Counted from the stretch's first letter, positions 12,953 through 26,557 are shown. The stretch: DNA of 64,000 nt from Anolis carolinensis (GCF_035594765.1 NC_085841.1:250252689-250316688); one strand, 5' to 3'. Made by a program: numbers and translations. Notes: a model not told the origin generated them from the sequence alone.

Positions 12953-13089
12953 TCCTCAGCCACCTAAACCACAGGCCCCTGAGACTCCTTGGCCAGAAGA
13001 GGATAACGCGGTTTATCACCTAACAGATGATGACTTTGACAAGTTTATCAAGGAGCATTCTTCCGTCTTAGTGATGTTCTACGCACCAT
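12953..13089 (+). CDS. PDIA5: PDIA5 internal coding exon (137 bp), start of a thioredoxin domain
   Basis: Acceptor ...ttgtttttaaAG, donor GTgagt. Translates (N)PQPPKPQAPETPWPEEDNAVYHLTDDDFDKFIKEHSSVLVMFYAP(W), matching the recalled vertebrate PDIA5 segment NPQPPQPQVPETPW...HSSVLVMFHAPW. Confidence 0.97.
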
Positions 13090-13790
13090 GTGAGTCTTTT
13101 TCTGGAGGAGGTGGTGATAATTGTGCATATGCATGTTTGAGTCATCTTCTGGGTGAATGGAACCTGGGAAGGGAATTTAACAAGTTTCAGTATTTGCAGA
13201 TATGAGTCTGAAATGTCATTGCACCAATGTGTAATTCAAAAAGTCTTGCAAGGAATTGTTCACATAAAGGCGATATACCCAGGGCAGCTCAAAGCTATGT
13301 AGTTCAATCGAAACCAGCATTTTTGTCAGAAACGACTGAAGAGGGGAATCATGCAGTCATCTAGATATTGTTGGACCGCAAAATCCCAGCTTTCCACATC
13401 ATTTGCTGTGCTGTTTATTGCTGCTCACTAAGGCCAACAACATATGGACAGCCACATGCACTTCATTGCCAAGTTTTTCTAATCTTGCCCAGACGCCAAC
13501 AATAAAGGAGAAGGGAGGGAAGCAGACTTAGCTGTCAAAATTGGAATGCAAACAGACCTCTGTACTGAGGACCCAGAATTTTTTTTTTTTTTGGCCAGGC
13601 AACTAGAGGGTACTGGCCAAAATAATCTTAAAACTCCAAGGTTAAATTAATAGGCACAGGGTCTACACATCATCTCTGAACTACTTGATTTACCTGTTTG
13701 TACCAGGAAAGGCAGGGGTATACACTGTGCAGTCTTCTATCAAAAATGTGATATGTTATAGTCCACAAATAAAGGTGACCATGTGATGCT

Positions 13791-13861
13791 GATGGTGGTG
13801 GTGGTGGTGGTGGTGATGATGATGATGATGATAACAACAACAATAACAATCACAACAACAA
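13791..13861. repeat. Compound microsatellite (GGT)n(GAT)n(AAC)n, the tail of the adjacent LINE fragment
   Basis: Direct reading. Confidence 0.9.
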
Positions 13862-14150
13862 CTTTATTCTTATAACCCGCCTCCATCTCCCCGAAGGGGT
13901 TCGGGCGGCTTACATGGGGACCAAGCCCAGAAAACAGAGAGAATTCAAGGTACAGAATTAAAACCACATAACAAAACAATATAATTAAAAACAATTAAAC
14001 CAAGGAAATGAAAACATAAAATACATCAGTGAACATCACAGAACTGAAAAGTGGGCCAAGGGAAGGGCAGGGCTTGTGCAAACGCAGGACAATAGGTCCA
14101 GGAGTAGGAATAATGTGCTGGAGCCGGAACAATAAATAAATTAGGACTTG
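13862..14150 (-). mobile_element. L2-type LINE 3' end
   Basis: Reverse of tgtaagccgccc(c)ga.cccc.tcggggagatggaggcggg.tataa.aataaag. The same tail occurs at 2733, 29050, 29680 and 57023. The 5' boundary is approximate. Confidence 0.6.
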
Positions 14151-16775
14151 GCAGGAATAGTTACGAGCTAACTTGTTATTTGAAGTAATTATGTATACTA
14201 GTCCTGAAAATTCATCGATTTCAGCCTTCCTATGTCATACATTCATATCCTAATTTGAGAACTGAAAATATGTTTGGTACATTATTGTTTTGAAGTATTT
14301 TGCAATGTTAGAGTATATCAAGGTATAGTATAGTACCTTGATATGCAGTATAGTCTCTTAGTTTCCCAAGCTACGACTTGCCATTAATGCTTTTTTATAT
14401 TTGGATGACAGAATAACTGTAAAATGCACACATTTAGAACCACTGCCCTTTCCCCCGTCTTTTTTGTGTGGTGCCAAAGAGGGTAACAGCTAGTTACTAA
14501 ATAGGCATGTTCAATGCTGCCAAAATGCAGAAAACATTTCTCCTAGAAATCCCCTGCAGGCAACATTAAGTGAAGGTGAATATGCAAGATAATTAACAGA
14601 AGACAGCTATCATAAACAGTTATCTCCATGATTAAAAGATCTTCTCTAGACACTTTTCATATTTGCTAATGGAGTCAGCTTTCAAATGTTAGCAGATAAG
14701 ATTATTCCATCAAAGCAATGTAGTAAAATAAATGTAATCTTGTGTGTTTCAACCTTGGGTTTTAAATTAAAAGGTTACAAATGCATTAGCTCAAGAACAA
14801 CAAATGTCAAACAAAGGCTAAGGGTGAGATACACTAAAATATGTACCTAATTTCTTTGTATAAATTGGAAATTCGTTGTGCAATTTACAGCTGTGGTCGT
14901 GTATACAATTACATTGCTGTAATGCTCTACAAATCTTGGGTTCATCATTTGTGCTTTTGGAGGGGAGACAGAATTGTGATGGTCTGTTGATTACAATGTC
15001 AGAATATTTAATAGACTGTAAATGTAGTGCAATTCACAGACACACATCAGGGCCAGCAGATCTTCAAGTTCGACCAATCAACATATTTTAATGCTTGGTG
15101 GAAGAATTTTGGAGTGACTCCCCTGGAGATAAATACACTAATGATCGGGCAGGCCTGTCTTTTGTATGTCATCTGTGTCGGTAAAAGTTAACCTGTACTT
15201 TCATTTCATGATTCCCGAACCAGCTTAATCAAAACTTCAGGGGGAAAAACAAATTTAATGTATGTGTCATAGTCTTAAAGACACCAAGAAGCCACCTCCA
15301 TCCCCAAGAAGGGGAAAGCTATATATCTTGCATTTGTGTTTTTCTTGGCACATCTTTCTGTATGATAAAATAGTATGTGTTCATCTTTTTAGAGCTGTAA
15401 TTCCCCTTATGAAATGTTTGAAGATTTATGGTATGTATGTTTGTTTACTATTTGTTCTAGCTAGCTCCTTTCAGTCATTTTTCACACCTATCATGGGTCA
15501 TAGCAGATCTGGAAATTCTGGAAGGAGTAAACAAATCCAACAGAGAAGTGGTTAGAAATCTACTTCTAGTTTTGCTTTTTCCGCTTTTGGAGGTCTGGGA
15601 GCCTGGTTACTTCTTTTAGCAGCAAAGTTGCACTCCTGGCAGTTCTTCAGAGAAAGGAAGTGTAGCTTTGCCTCCTCTCCACCTTTCATCTCTTTCTTTG
15701 GTACTGACTCAGAGGTATAGCACTGTGCTACTAAGGTAGAACTGTGAGCAAGATGTCTATTGTTTTCAGCATATTATATCCATCAGTGAGTATGGCTTTT
15801 TATGTCACAAGCAAAGGGCACAACAAAACAGTCACTCTTGGTGGGCAAATATGCTACTTGAAAGAAGGTTTTGAGTATTTGTGGTTCATACTCTGTAAGA
15901 CAGAGTGGGCCGACGCTGAGGCTAGCAGTCAGGATAATATACTTTGAGGCAAGTCTTATTTCTAGTAACTTTTTAAAAAGAATATTAGATGAGCCAGATT
16001 GAGACTAGGTGAATAATGAATCATCACGCTGGTGTGTGTTTGATAAACTAGGCTTAAGGGCCCTTGAAAGCTGAGACAGGGCTCCTTAAGAAGCATTGCT
16101 TGGGAAGTTATGAATTTCTCTGGCACTCCTGTGGGAGGAACTGTCACTGAGTGGTAAAGCACATGCTTTGCATATGGGTCTCGAGTTCAGTCGCTTGAGT
16201 TGCTAATTCAAAGGCTCTTGGTAGCAGGGGGAATCCTTCTTTAAAATACCTTTCCACCTTTCCTTTCCTCATGGCCAATTGATTTGAGGTGGGTGGGGGT
16301 GGACTTATGTGCAGATAGATCTCCCTTTGAAGGCACTCTCTCTCAATCATTTCAGACATTGAAGAGGGCTCATCTCTCTCACATTTCGTAAATGATTGTA
16401 TGTTTATGTGGAGGGAAACTGGACTACAGGGAGCACATGAAAGGGATGGTGCAATTCCACTCCCTTTTCATTACTTCCTCCTGCAATCTCTTGTGCAATG
16501 GGATTGCCAAGACACCCTGCACATCACCACTGTGTGAAGAGAATAGTAGTGACAGAAGCTAATTGCATGCAAGATATGAAAATGAAGCTCCTGGGCCCAG
16601 TAAGAGCTTGGGAAATTAATTTTCAGAAGTAGGTTGTCCCATTACTCACTGATAGATTAGAAAAGTAACCCTTTCTTGTTACCAAAGCTGGTGAAGGATG
16701 TCATTTTTTAATCTCCCAAGTTTATTCGATGCTTAGACCATAGGTCTTTCACATACAAAACAAACAAACAAATAC

Positions 16776-16826
16776 ATCGCTTCTCGGCTTTTTGGCTAAG
16801 ATAAAGTGTAGTATCTATTCTTATCA
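16776..16826 (+). pseudogene. U2 snRNA 5' fragment (nt 1-51), 3'-truncated pseudogene
   Basis: atcgcttctcggctttttggctaagataaagtgtagtatctattcttatca matches 48/51 nt of the vertebrate U2 5' end, starting exactly at U2 nt 1. Confidence 0.92.
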
Positions 16827-17352
16827 TTCCAGTAACTATCAGGTATATTTTGGGAGGAATCATTGAAATCCTGTCCTAGAAATCAGTACAGGCTTTTTGC
16901 TCAGGCAAGTAAAAACAGGGACAATAGCAGCCATTATAACTGCTACAATACCATATTGTTATAACTCTCAGGATGCTCCATTCTGTGAAGGCCCTATTAG
17001 GAATAAGTTTTTGTTTCTCTCTCCCATTGACACAAGTTCTACCAAAACCTCCATAGAATTGCAGAAATCAGTAATATGGTCTGAGATGTTCCAGACGGGA
17101 GCTAACTAGGATGCATGCAGCTCCCACAGGTCTTTTGAAAAAGTGCCTCACAAGTACATTTATTTTTGAATTTTTAAAGAATACAGTAAAAATGTTTCTC
17201 ATGTCTGGAGTAATGCCCTCCAAGGACCAAGAAAGGATATACTCTTCCGCCCTACCTTACGTAAATTCTCTCCTTGCTGTAGATGCTCATGGGAATTGCT
17301 TCTTCAGTCACAAAACAATTCTACGTTAAATCTATCTTATGAGTCTTAAAAT

Positions 17353-17590
17353 ACGGTGGGACCTTAGTGTCTGCTATGGTTTGGATCCGGGACCTACCTC
17401 CCCTCCCTCCCCCCCCCCAACACATACACACACTTTGTGGATGTCAAAATCTATGGAAGCTCAAGTGTTATTATATCGTAAAATAGTGTCCTTTATATAT
17501 AATGTCAAAAACATGGTTTGCTATTTGGATTTTTTAATAAAAATATTAAGCCATTGATGGTGGAATTCGTGTATATAAAGGGCTGATTGT
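17353..17590. mobile_element. Decayed Tigger-like MITE
   Basis: MER2-like interior (gtggatgtcaaaatctatggaagctcaagt) with degenerate TIRs and TA flanks. Confidence 0.5.
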
Positions 17591-17705
17591 AGTCATACAC
17601 CGTGATCTTGGAAAATGCCTTGAAGATGGTTTCTCATTGAGTTGAAGTGTAAACAAGTATGGCAGATTTTATCCTGCCAGGAAATAAAGGTAGAATCTTA
17701 ATCCA

Positions 17706-17890
17706 TGAATCATAGAATTGTAGAGTTGGAAGAGACCTCACGGGCCATCCAGTCCAACCCCTTGTAAGAAACAGGAAAATCTCATTCAAAGCACCCCCGA
17801 CAGATGGCCATCCAGTCTCTGCTTAAAAGCTCCAAGAAGGAGCCTCCACCACACTCCGGGCAGAGAGTTCCACTGCCGAACAGCTGCCGA
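17706..17890 (-). mobile_element. CR1 LINE extreme 3' fragment
   Basis: atcatagaat tail followed by gagttggaagagacctca.gggcc.tccagtccaaccc; near-identical to 47536-47720. Confidence 0.85.
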
Positions 17891-19361
17891 ACCATGAGGT
17901 TAACTAAAGGTCTGGATCCAGATCAATTAACTGTTACTAGGCTTTCCTCAAGCTGTATTTTGATTTACACAGGACTTCCTGAAGTAAGCTGTGCCTCATT
18001 GTATTTAATTGTTTCTAGTTTCCTGGATAAAGCCAGTTTGTGGTCCTTTCTGCCAGAAATCTGGTCTTCTCTATAGTTTCTTATCCTTGTAATTTGCAAG
18101 GAAGAGTCTACTCTGGGAGTTTGGAGGAGTAGCCTATAGTCCTCTTTTTGCTATTAGTGATTGCATCCAAGCAGGAAGAAATCTAGGGACTAGGCCTATA
18201 TCCATTGGTGTGCATTACAAAATGCTTCAAATGCAAAATCTGCACTTAAGTAGAAAACCATCCATTTGGTGCCCATCTCCATGTTGAAATTATCTAATCA
18301 AGGAATGCTTTCTAAGTTAGTGAAATCAAGTGTGCCTTTCTCCCCATCTAGTGGCTGGTCCATGAGCGGGTTGTAACTATGCCGTTTATTCTGCTTAACC
18401 GGCTTGGAACTTAGTCCTGAAAGCATTTTTGCCAGCAGGACCATTAATTAAGTTGGCAGGGCTCCCATCAGCATGTTGAGAAGAACTTGAGCTGTGAGCT
18501 TAATGAATGACATTGAATTGTAAACTTCTCTTGACTGCAGAGCGACTGCCTTTTAAATTTACTCACTGCACAGCCAGATGCACCATATACGATTAGTAAT
18601 AATGATTGAGTAAATAGCATTCGCAACCTACGTATATTGAGAACAAACAAAACTTGTTTCAGGCCTAGCATGGCTGTGGATATTTTCAAAAATCCCTTTA
18701 TTATTTGACAGTTTTTATTTTATCATTTTATTTATTATTCTTTATCAAGACAGCATTAAATGACAAAATTAAGTAAAGCAAGACGATTCAAAATAAGAAG
18801 GCAGTTTCTGCATATACCGTGAAAGCATGCTGTCATGTCTATGTGTTTGTGTGTGTAATTTTTTTGAACATTTTTACAAAAATCTCTCAAAATAGCTTAG
18901 CAAGAAGCTATGATTTTCCAAGACTTAAAGAATATTGATAGCAGTTGAGCCTGTAGAGATAAATACTAGATCAGTGCATTCCGTCATTGAGAGATGAAAC
19001 TTCTAGGTTCGCATTGAATACCAAAGGCAGGCACTCCTGTCATCACTGCTATATCTGTCTGGCCTACTTTCTGCTGGCATGCAATTTTCCAATCACAGCT
19101 GTAGTAAATTCTGTATTTCTCTATTGTTTCCAAAGCATAGGAATTGCCTTATAACCCAGTCCGATATGGCTCAGTATCCTCTACATTTACTGAAACTGAC
19201 TTATTCGGTGCGCTGCATACAGATGCAGGTCTTTTCCATATGGAATCTGAGCTTGGCCACTGAGCTAACAGCCTTCTCTTTATTTGCCAAGGACACTTTT
19301 TACTTGTTACCCTGGGTTGATGGGAAAAGGAAAGTGAGAACCAGAAATTGGTCAGAGTATA

Positions 19362-19449
19362 GTAAAGGTAAAGGTTTTCCCCTGACATTAAGTCTAGTCG
19401 TGTCCGACTCTGGGGTTGGTGCTCATCTCAATTTCTAAACTGAAGAGCC
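19362..19449 (-). mobile_element. Sauria SINE 3' fragment
   Basis: taaaggtaaaggttttcccctgacatta...gtgctcatctc. Confidence 0.85.
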
Positions 19450-21143
19450 AATTATTATTTTTTTCCAAATAAATGTTTTGAGGACCTTGGGCCTCTCAAA
19501 ATACTTGAGGGCAACATGAATGCAGTAACAACCTATAAGTCCCTCTTCCCACCCATTTTACATATTTTAATGTGGATTACAATTTTTGGAAGCCACCAAA
19601 AAAGGGGGTTTGGACCATTGGTGGCCCATGTAACCACCCGTTCACCCAGCTCTGGCACAATCACCCCACATTGGAAAATAAAAATATCCTCTCATATTAC
19701 TGCTCTCTGAAGTGCTCTCAGCTTTTAAGAAGCTTCAGTTTTTCTTATAAGTGGCTGTTTCCCTATATTGCATGTTAGTATCAGTAGTAGTTTGAAAGAA
19801 AAATGACAAGCACTTCTTCTCAGATACAGAAAAATTTAATTTGAAGTAAAACTGTATAGTGGTGCAGAAAGTATATTGGCTGCAGATGGTGAAATTTGTA
19901 TGACAGACTTAATCTCCAATCTTGAGAGAACTTGGAAAGGTTTGTAGTTTCAGTTGCATAGGAATCCAATGCCATTGGCCTTTCTCATGCAGATATTGTC
20001 TGGTCTAATCAAATAATGATAAAGTTCATGCAGTTTGGAGGGTAAGTATTCTTACTGTCAAGTGCAAATTAGATCATGACCTGAAATGTCTCATTTTTTT
20101 TTCCAAACACATTTGATTTTCATTTGAACTTCTGCAGTTCTTAGTTTGCCTCGAGTAAAACAGTACAACTCTCCCTTTTTAATGCATAGAAAACGTGGCT
20201 CTAAAGGATGCAATTTCTTTTTCACACAAGACATTCCATTTCTAAGATCTTTGAAAGAGAGCACCAAGGTTGCTAAGTGGAATACTCAAAAGCTGAGAAA
20301 TGCCAAAGCTTAATTAAAGACTGAATCATAGAGCAAACTCACAAAGGCATTCTTCTACCACAGTAACAGTTGTAAGGTAAAAAGAGTTCATAAGATGGAT
20401 GGTTAACATCGGGGGGGGGGGGGTGTATGTAATATCACTTTTGACAAATGGCTTTCCCTTTGTCCGTCTTAATAATTCCTCAGCCCTTTAAAGAAATGCA
20501 AAATAGACCTTCCCTATCACAAGTAATTTTGTATGTGGAAGTTCAGATCATGTTATGCATTTTTCGGGCTGGAGGAGTATAACCCTGCAAAGAAGATTAA
20601 TGTACAAAGTGGAATATTTATATTCATGCGATAATATGAATTGTCCATCTACAGTCCATTGTATTACTTCACGTGTATGGTTGCACATACAAAGGAATCT
20701 CTCTGCATTTGACCGATAAGTCTTCAGTGCTAGCAGTTTGTCTCCCTGTCCACAGTCCTGGAATCTTCAAGCTTAAATGTAGGCTCAGGATCAACAACAT
20801 GGTATATGGGTATATTCGTAACAGCATTGAGGAACTTTAAGAAAGTCTTGAGCGTAAGGATTCAAAGTAAAGGTGTGCAACCTGTCGTACGATAACACAT
20901 TTGATGTTTCAAAAATAACTAACATAATACTTTGTGTATCTTAGTTATAGATATCTGTGTTCCAAATATAGTGCAACCTTTTGGGACATGATCCAGGAGA
21001 TCCACAGCCACTTTCTCCCAGCAGCCCAGCTGACTAAGCTATGTGGAAAGGATCTCTGTTTTAGTGCAGATTTAAGTTGTATCAGGTTAACAAATGTAGA
21101 CAGAAGCACTGGAAAGGTGTTACCTTCTCTTTCAATGAGACTG

Positions 21144-21603
21144 CCACTGAGCTGCTGAACATGCTGACCGAAAGGTTGGTGGTTTGAATCCGGGGAGTGG
21201 GCGAGCTCCCACTCTTAGCCCCAGCTTCTGCCAACCTAGCAGTGTGAAAAACATGCAAACGTGAGTAGATCAATAGGTAAAGTTTCAGCAAGTGGCAAAG
21301 TGTGTTAAAGCACTGAGCTGCTGAACTTGCAGACCGAAAGGTTCCAGGTTTAAATCCCGGGAGCAGAGTGAGCGCCCGCTGTTAGCTCTAGCTTCTGCCA
21401 ACCTAGCAGTTCGAAAACATGCCAATGTGAGTAGATACCGCTCCGGTGGGAAGGTAACGGCGCTCCATGCAGTCATGCTAGCCACATGACCTTGGAGATG
21501 TCTATGGACAACGCCGGCTCTTTGGCTTAGAAATTGAGATGAGCACCAACCCCCAGAGTTGGTCACGACTAGACTTAATGTCAGGGGAAAACCTTTACCT
21601 TTA
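21144..21603 (+). mobile_element. Tandem Sauria SINEs (partial 5' copy plus full copy)
   Basis: SINE head at 21144-21279 is repeated at 21290-21440, then continues to the acctttacct tail. Confidence 0.88.
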
Positions 21604-21664
21604 GCTATACATTAGTAACTAAACTCTGACATTACATTTTACCCTAATCCTCAATACAAAAGTA

Positions 21665-21987
21665 CCGTAGAGTCTCACTTATCCAACATAAACGGGCCGG
21701 CAGAACATTGGATAAGTGAATATGTTGGATAATAAGGAGGGATTAAGAAAAAGCCTATTAAACATCAAATTAGGCTATGATTTTACAAATTAAGCACCAA
21801 AACATCATGTTATACAACAAATTTGACAGAAAAGGTAGTTCAATATGTAGTAATGCTAAGTAGTAATTACTGTATTTACGAATTTAGCACCAAAATATCA
21901 CGAGGTATTGAAAACATTGACTACAAAAATGCATTAGATAATCCAGAATGTTGGATAAGCGAGTCTTGGATAAGTGAGACTCTACTG
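21665..21987. mobile_element. Tc1/mariner MITE (~320 bp)
   Basis: TIR c(a)gtagagtctcacttatccaa, TA TSD; four copies in the window. Confidence 0.9.
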
Positions 21988-23929
21988 TATTAGAATTTGC
22001 ACAGGAGTTTTAGAAAATGCCCATGTTGCTTTCATTCCATGGTTGTGTGTTTTTTAAAAAAAATCCTGGTGCATGTGGGTTTAAATAATCCAATGCAGTT
22101 CCATAGGTACCTTAATGTAAGTGGAAATATTAGAACTTCCAGTGGAAATATTAGAGCTGTCTGGAATTCATCCATGAGGTAAAAATCCATTTAAAATCTA
22201 GGATCTTTTTTACAGATTGGTCTCAGAAGATGTGTTTGAGTAATCAGTTTTTCCACTGCATTCAGCACACTTCAGAATTAGCTGTATCAAAATTTTACGC
22301 ATAACACTTGTTTATACACATTTCAACTCCTGCCGTCTTGCCCAGGAGGTAAGACCAAAATATTAACTTGAAAAATTAAGTTAGTGGCCTCACTTGCTTC
22401 AGTTCTGAGATAAGAATTGTCACGAGGGAGAATTAATATACGCTTATAACAAAAGATCATGTAAATAAAATGAGGGCATAATGAAAGACCTGAACAACTG
22501 AGTAATGTGGTAAAGATGAGTTATGTAATCAAATATATGAGGCAGTAAAATGGTTTATTTTCTCGCTTAATCCATAACTTACAAGTTATGGAATTGCTTC
22601 TTGTAACTCCAGGCTAAGAAAATATTTAAACTTCACTGAAGAGATGCTCTCAGAGCTAGGCAACCATGATGCTCCAGAATGAGAATATCAGAGCTCCTAG
22701 AGTTATGGTGATCTCTTCAAAATTTAATTCTGGGTTGCATAAATGTCATTATTTGTGTGTGTGTGCTTCCATACCTCTCTACACTATCATTGTGTCTGAA
22801 TACTGCATTGCTCTTTCAAGAGAATCCACCATGTTTCATAAGCCATTGAAGTGACCTCATATTTAAGCACTGATTCAGTAATTGCTATCTAACTGCTGGA
22901 TCTCCCTTCTCTGAAGATCTGCAAGAAATTGTTAGTATGATGGTTACTGAGCTGTGAAAATGACATGGTGCATTTAGAGCTTTTAAGAGCTAAAACTTCT
23001 AGAATCTGCATATAATGAGACACATTCTTAACATTACTAGGCTGTGCAATGACTCAAATGAGGTTCAGCCCTTGGAATTTTACAGCTAAAAGGATCTTAA
23101 GTAGTGCAGCTGGGAAATATCTTTTTCTAGCAGTGTTCCTCATCAAAATAGATAGTCATGAGTTACGGGCAGAAGCAGGATAATGCAGCTGCGTAAGTTA
23201 ATTAGGAAAAACCAAAGTCGAGTCTCCACCACCTGGAATACTAGTTCAATATCGTGCAGTTGATGCCTCCCTGTTGCCTCATGTGGACACTAATGGAGAT
23301 TTGCATAGCTGACAATGGAAATGCTATGGGTTTGAAGTCATTTGCTTAGAAATAGAATGTCTACTTGCCTATTTGCTGATTGTTTTGCAACTGCTTGGAA
23401 TCGGCATTGAAACAGATGGGCATTAAGGAGTTTTTCCAAGTTTAGGTATCTGTATTTAGCGTTTAATCTTCCTGCCGGTAGACACAAAGCCCACTTCTGT
23501 AGATCTAAAGACATGCACATACTCGCAATGGAAGGATATCCCTACAAACATAAGGCAGTTTGGATACAGAATTTTGCAATTATTATTGTTGAAATGGTCA
23601 GTGCAGAAGGCTACTTCGGAGTGCCTCTCTCATAATGTTCTCTGTGAATCTATATGTTCTTATTGTGTTATTATAATAAACAATCATTCTGGGCTGCTTT
23701 CAAAGCAATAAAGCACCTACAATGCATATAAAATATGCATAATTTGTAGAGGAAGATTTTTTATTGAGCATGTATTGTTAGTGGACACTAGTGCAACAAA
23801 GAGCCATTCACTTGTGTGTGCATCCAGTGATAATTTGTATACACATCATTTATTGGGCCAGCTAATGAAGTTCTTGGGAAAGGTGATTGCCTCATCTTTG
23901 CTATTCCATCCACTGCTGACCATTTAAAT

Positions 23930-24953
23930 CAGTGGTTCTTAATCTTCCTAATGCCGCAACCCCTTAATACAGTTCCTCATGTTGTGGTGACCCCCAACCA
24001 TAAAATTATTTTCATTGCTACTTCATAAATGCAATTATGTTACTGTTATGAATCGTAATGTAAATATCTGATATTTAGGATGTATTTCCATTCACTGAAC
24101 CAAATTTGGCACAAATACCCAATACGCCCAAATTTGAATACTGGTGGGGTGTGTGTGTGTGTGGTGGGGGGTTATTTTGTCATTTGGGAATTGTAGTTGC
24201 TGGGATTTATAGTTCACCTACAATCAAGGAGTATTCTGAACTCCACCAATGAAGGAATTGAACCAAACGTGGCACACAGAACTCCCATGACCAGCAGAAA
24301 ATATTGGAAGGGTTTGGTGGGCATTGACCTTGAGTTTTTAGTGTTGTAGTTCACCTACATCCAGAAAACACTGTGGACTCAAACAATGATGCATCTGGAC
24401 CAAACTTTGCACAAATACTCAATATGCCCAAATGTGAACACTGGTGGAGTTTGGGGAAAATAGACGTTGACATTTGGGAGTTGTAGTTGCTGGGATTTAT
24501 AATTCACCTACAATTAAAGAGCCCTTGAACCCCACCAACAATAGAATTGGGCCAAACTTCCCACACAGAACCCCCATGACCAAAAGAAAATTGTGGAAGG
24601 ATTTTTTTGGGGGAGGATTGACAGTGATTTAGGGGAGATGTAGTTCACCTACATCCGGAGACCACTGTGAACCCAAACAACAATAGATCTGGTCCAAATT
24701 TGGCATAAATACCTGATATGCCAAAATTTGAATACTGGTGGGGTTGGGGCTGAGAGGTTGATTTGGTAGGAGAATTCACTTTCTGTTTCCTAAAAGAAAG
24801 AGAAGGACAGGAGGAGCGAGCTTCAACCTTCTCTGCCAAAGGGGTTCCTAAGACCATCAGAAATATGTGTTTCCTGATGGTCTTTGATGACCCCTCTGTC
24901 ACCCTTTGGAGATCCCCCCCCAGGGGTCCCGACCCCCAGGTTGAGAAATGCTG
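23930..24953. mobile_element. SPIN (Space Invader)/URR1-like non-autonomous hAT with an internal tandem-repeat cargo
   Basis: Left ~145 bp (cagtggttct...cttcctaatgccgc.acccc.taatacagttcctcatgttgtggtgacccccaaccataaaattattt) and right ~95 bp (...gacccccaggttgagaaatgctg) match the recalled SPIN/URR1 MITE. TSD atttaaat/atttatgt. Confidence 0.85.
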
Positions 24954-26557
24954 ATTTATGTGTTTATGTGAATCCCTTCGAGGTGATAGGGCAATCTACA
25001 AATAAAGTTTTATTATATTATGATATTTCACTAGTATTATCTGAGTGAAACAGAGGTTAAAAGTCTTCAAAATAACAATTAGCCCATAGACCGCTGAATT
25101 TCAGTTTCCTGGATAGTATACATTTCATTTTGTTTACGAAAAAACTGTCTCTGGTATACAGTATAGCAGTAATATTATTTTGTGGCTACTATCTGGTTGT
25201 GTAGTTATCCAGTGGCAATGTTCAAATTATTTCCCAAATTGCATATTCTAGACCATGGCCAAAACTTACAGCTATGGGATCTTGCAAAGTCCTTGGGGCC
25301 TACCTATACCCACAAATTGGTGTAATATAAGCAGTCTTGAGCAGTATCTTTCACTAGGCTTGCTTTCTCAAATCTCATTATTCGGCAGAGAATAATCATA
25401 GTTGTCTGAGGAGCAGTCTACACAGTGAACTGTACTATATTGTGTTATAAAGATCAATGTTATCATTTCCTCTGAATTTCTCATCATTAACAATCTCCTC
25501 TATTTTTCCACATTTGTTGATTCAGCAGTTAAGCATCTTTGTGTGTTATCTTATCCCCAGAGATGCTGAAAAAAGTCTTCTGCCTGACCTCCTTCCAGTC
25601 TCTCTCTCCATAGTTTCTCATTTCTTAGCTCTTCCTTCCATCATAATGGCAGCAAGCACTTTTATTTCCTATAACATGAGTCATTTATTTTTGTTTTATG
25701 ATGGGGTGTTTTTTGCTTCCAGATATGAATTTAACTGCAGACAATCATAAAATATTTTTGTGCTTGAGCTGAACAGGCATTTGCTGAACAGAAGAAATGC
25801 TTAGTAAATTCTGTAATGAACTTTCCCCTCTCCTCTAGTTTTCCTGCCTGTGTAGAACTTAAAGAATTGCATTAATTTGTCTTCTTTCATTATTCTTTCT
25901 GCACGAATTCCAGTTGAATTCCTATAATAATAATTGGGTCTTGTATCAGCTATAAAATACTGATATCTTTTATGCCCGTGGATGGCTTTTTTAAGCTTCA
26001 TAAATCACATCTGGAATCAGTGTAGGTTTGCAAAGGGGCTAATTTCATGTCACGTGTATGTAGTAATCATTTGGCTAGCATTTGGGACAACTGTCAGGTT
26101 GTCCTGACTGTCAGTCAGTCATATCATTGCACACCACTTGTCATTTTGGTGAAAAAGAGCGTCATAAAATCTCTCCCTCTGTGTCATGCTATACAAAGTA
26201 GTGGTCAGGTCAAATACAAGTGTTGTGTGGGTTGCCAGGCAATAAAAAATTGTTCCCAAGTTTTTTATCAGCTCAGAAGCAATTCTGACTACTTACACCT
26301 GGTCATCCCCAGACCCTCTTTTTTTGATCTTTGATGTCTTGCGCATTAAGCTTATGCTGTTTTTGTCAGGATTATAAAGATTATCTTTCATGATGTTCCA
26401 TTTTGGTGGAGTCTACCCAGAGGAAACAGACAATTCAGAGATCTTGGGTCCGGAGGAGAATTTTCTTAAACCTCTGGACTAGCCAAATGTGATGCCTCCA
26501 GATGTGTTGAGCTTATAGTTGCTACCCAGCACCCCCTTGGAGAAGGATGTCTTAGAG

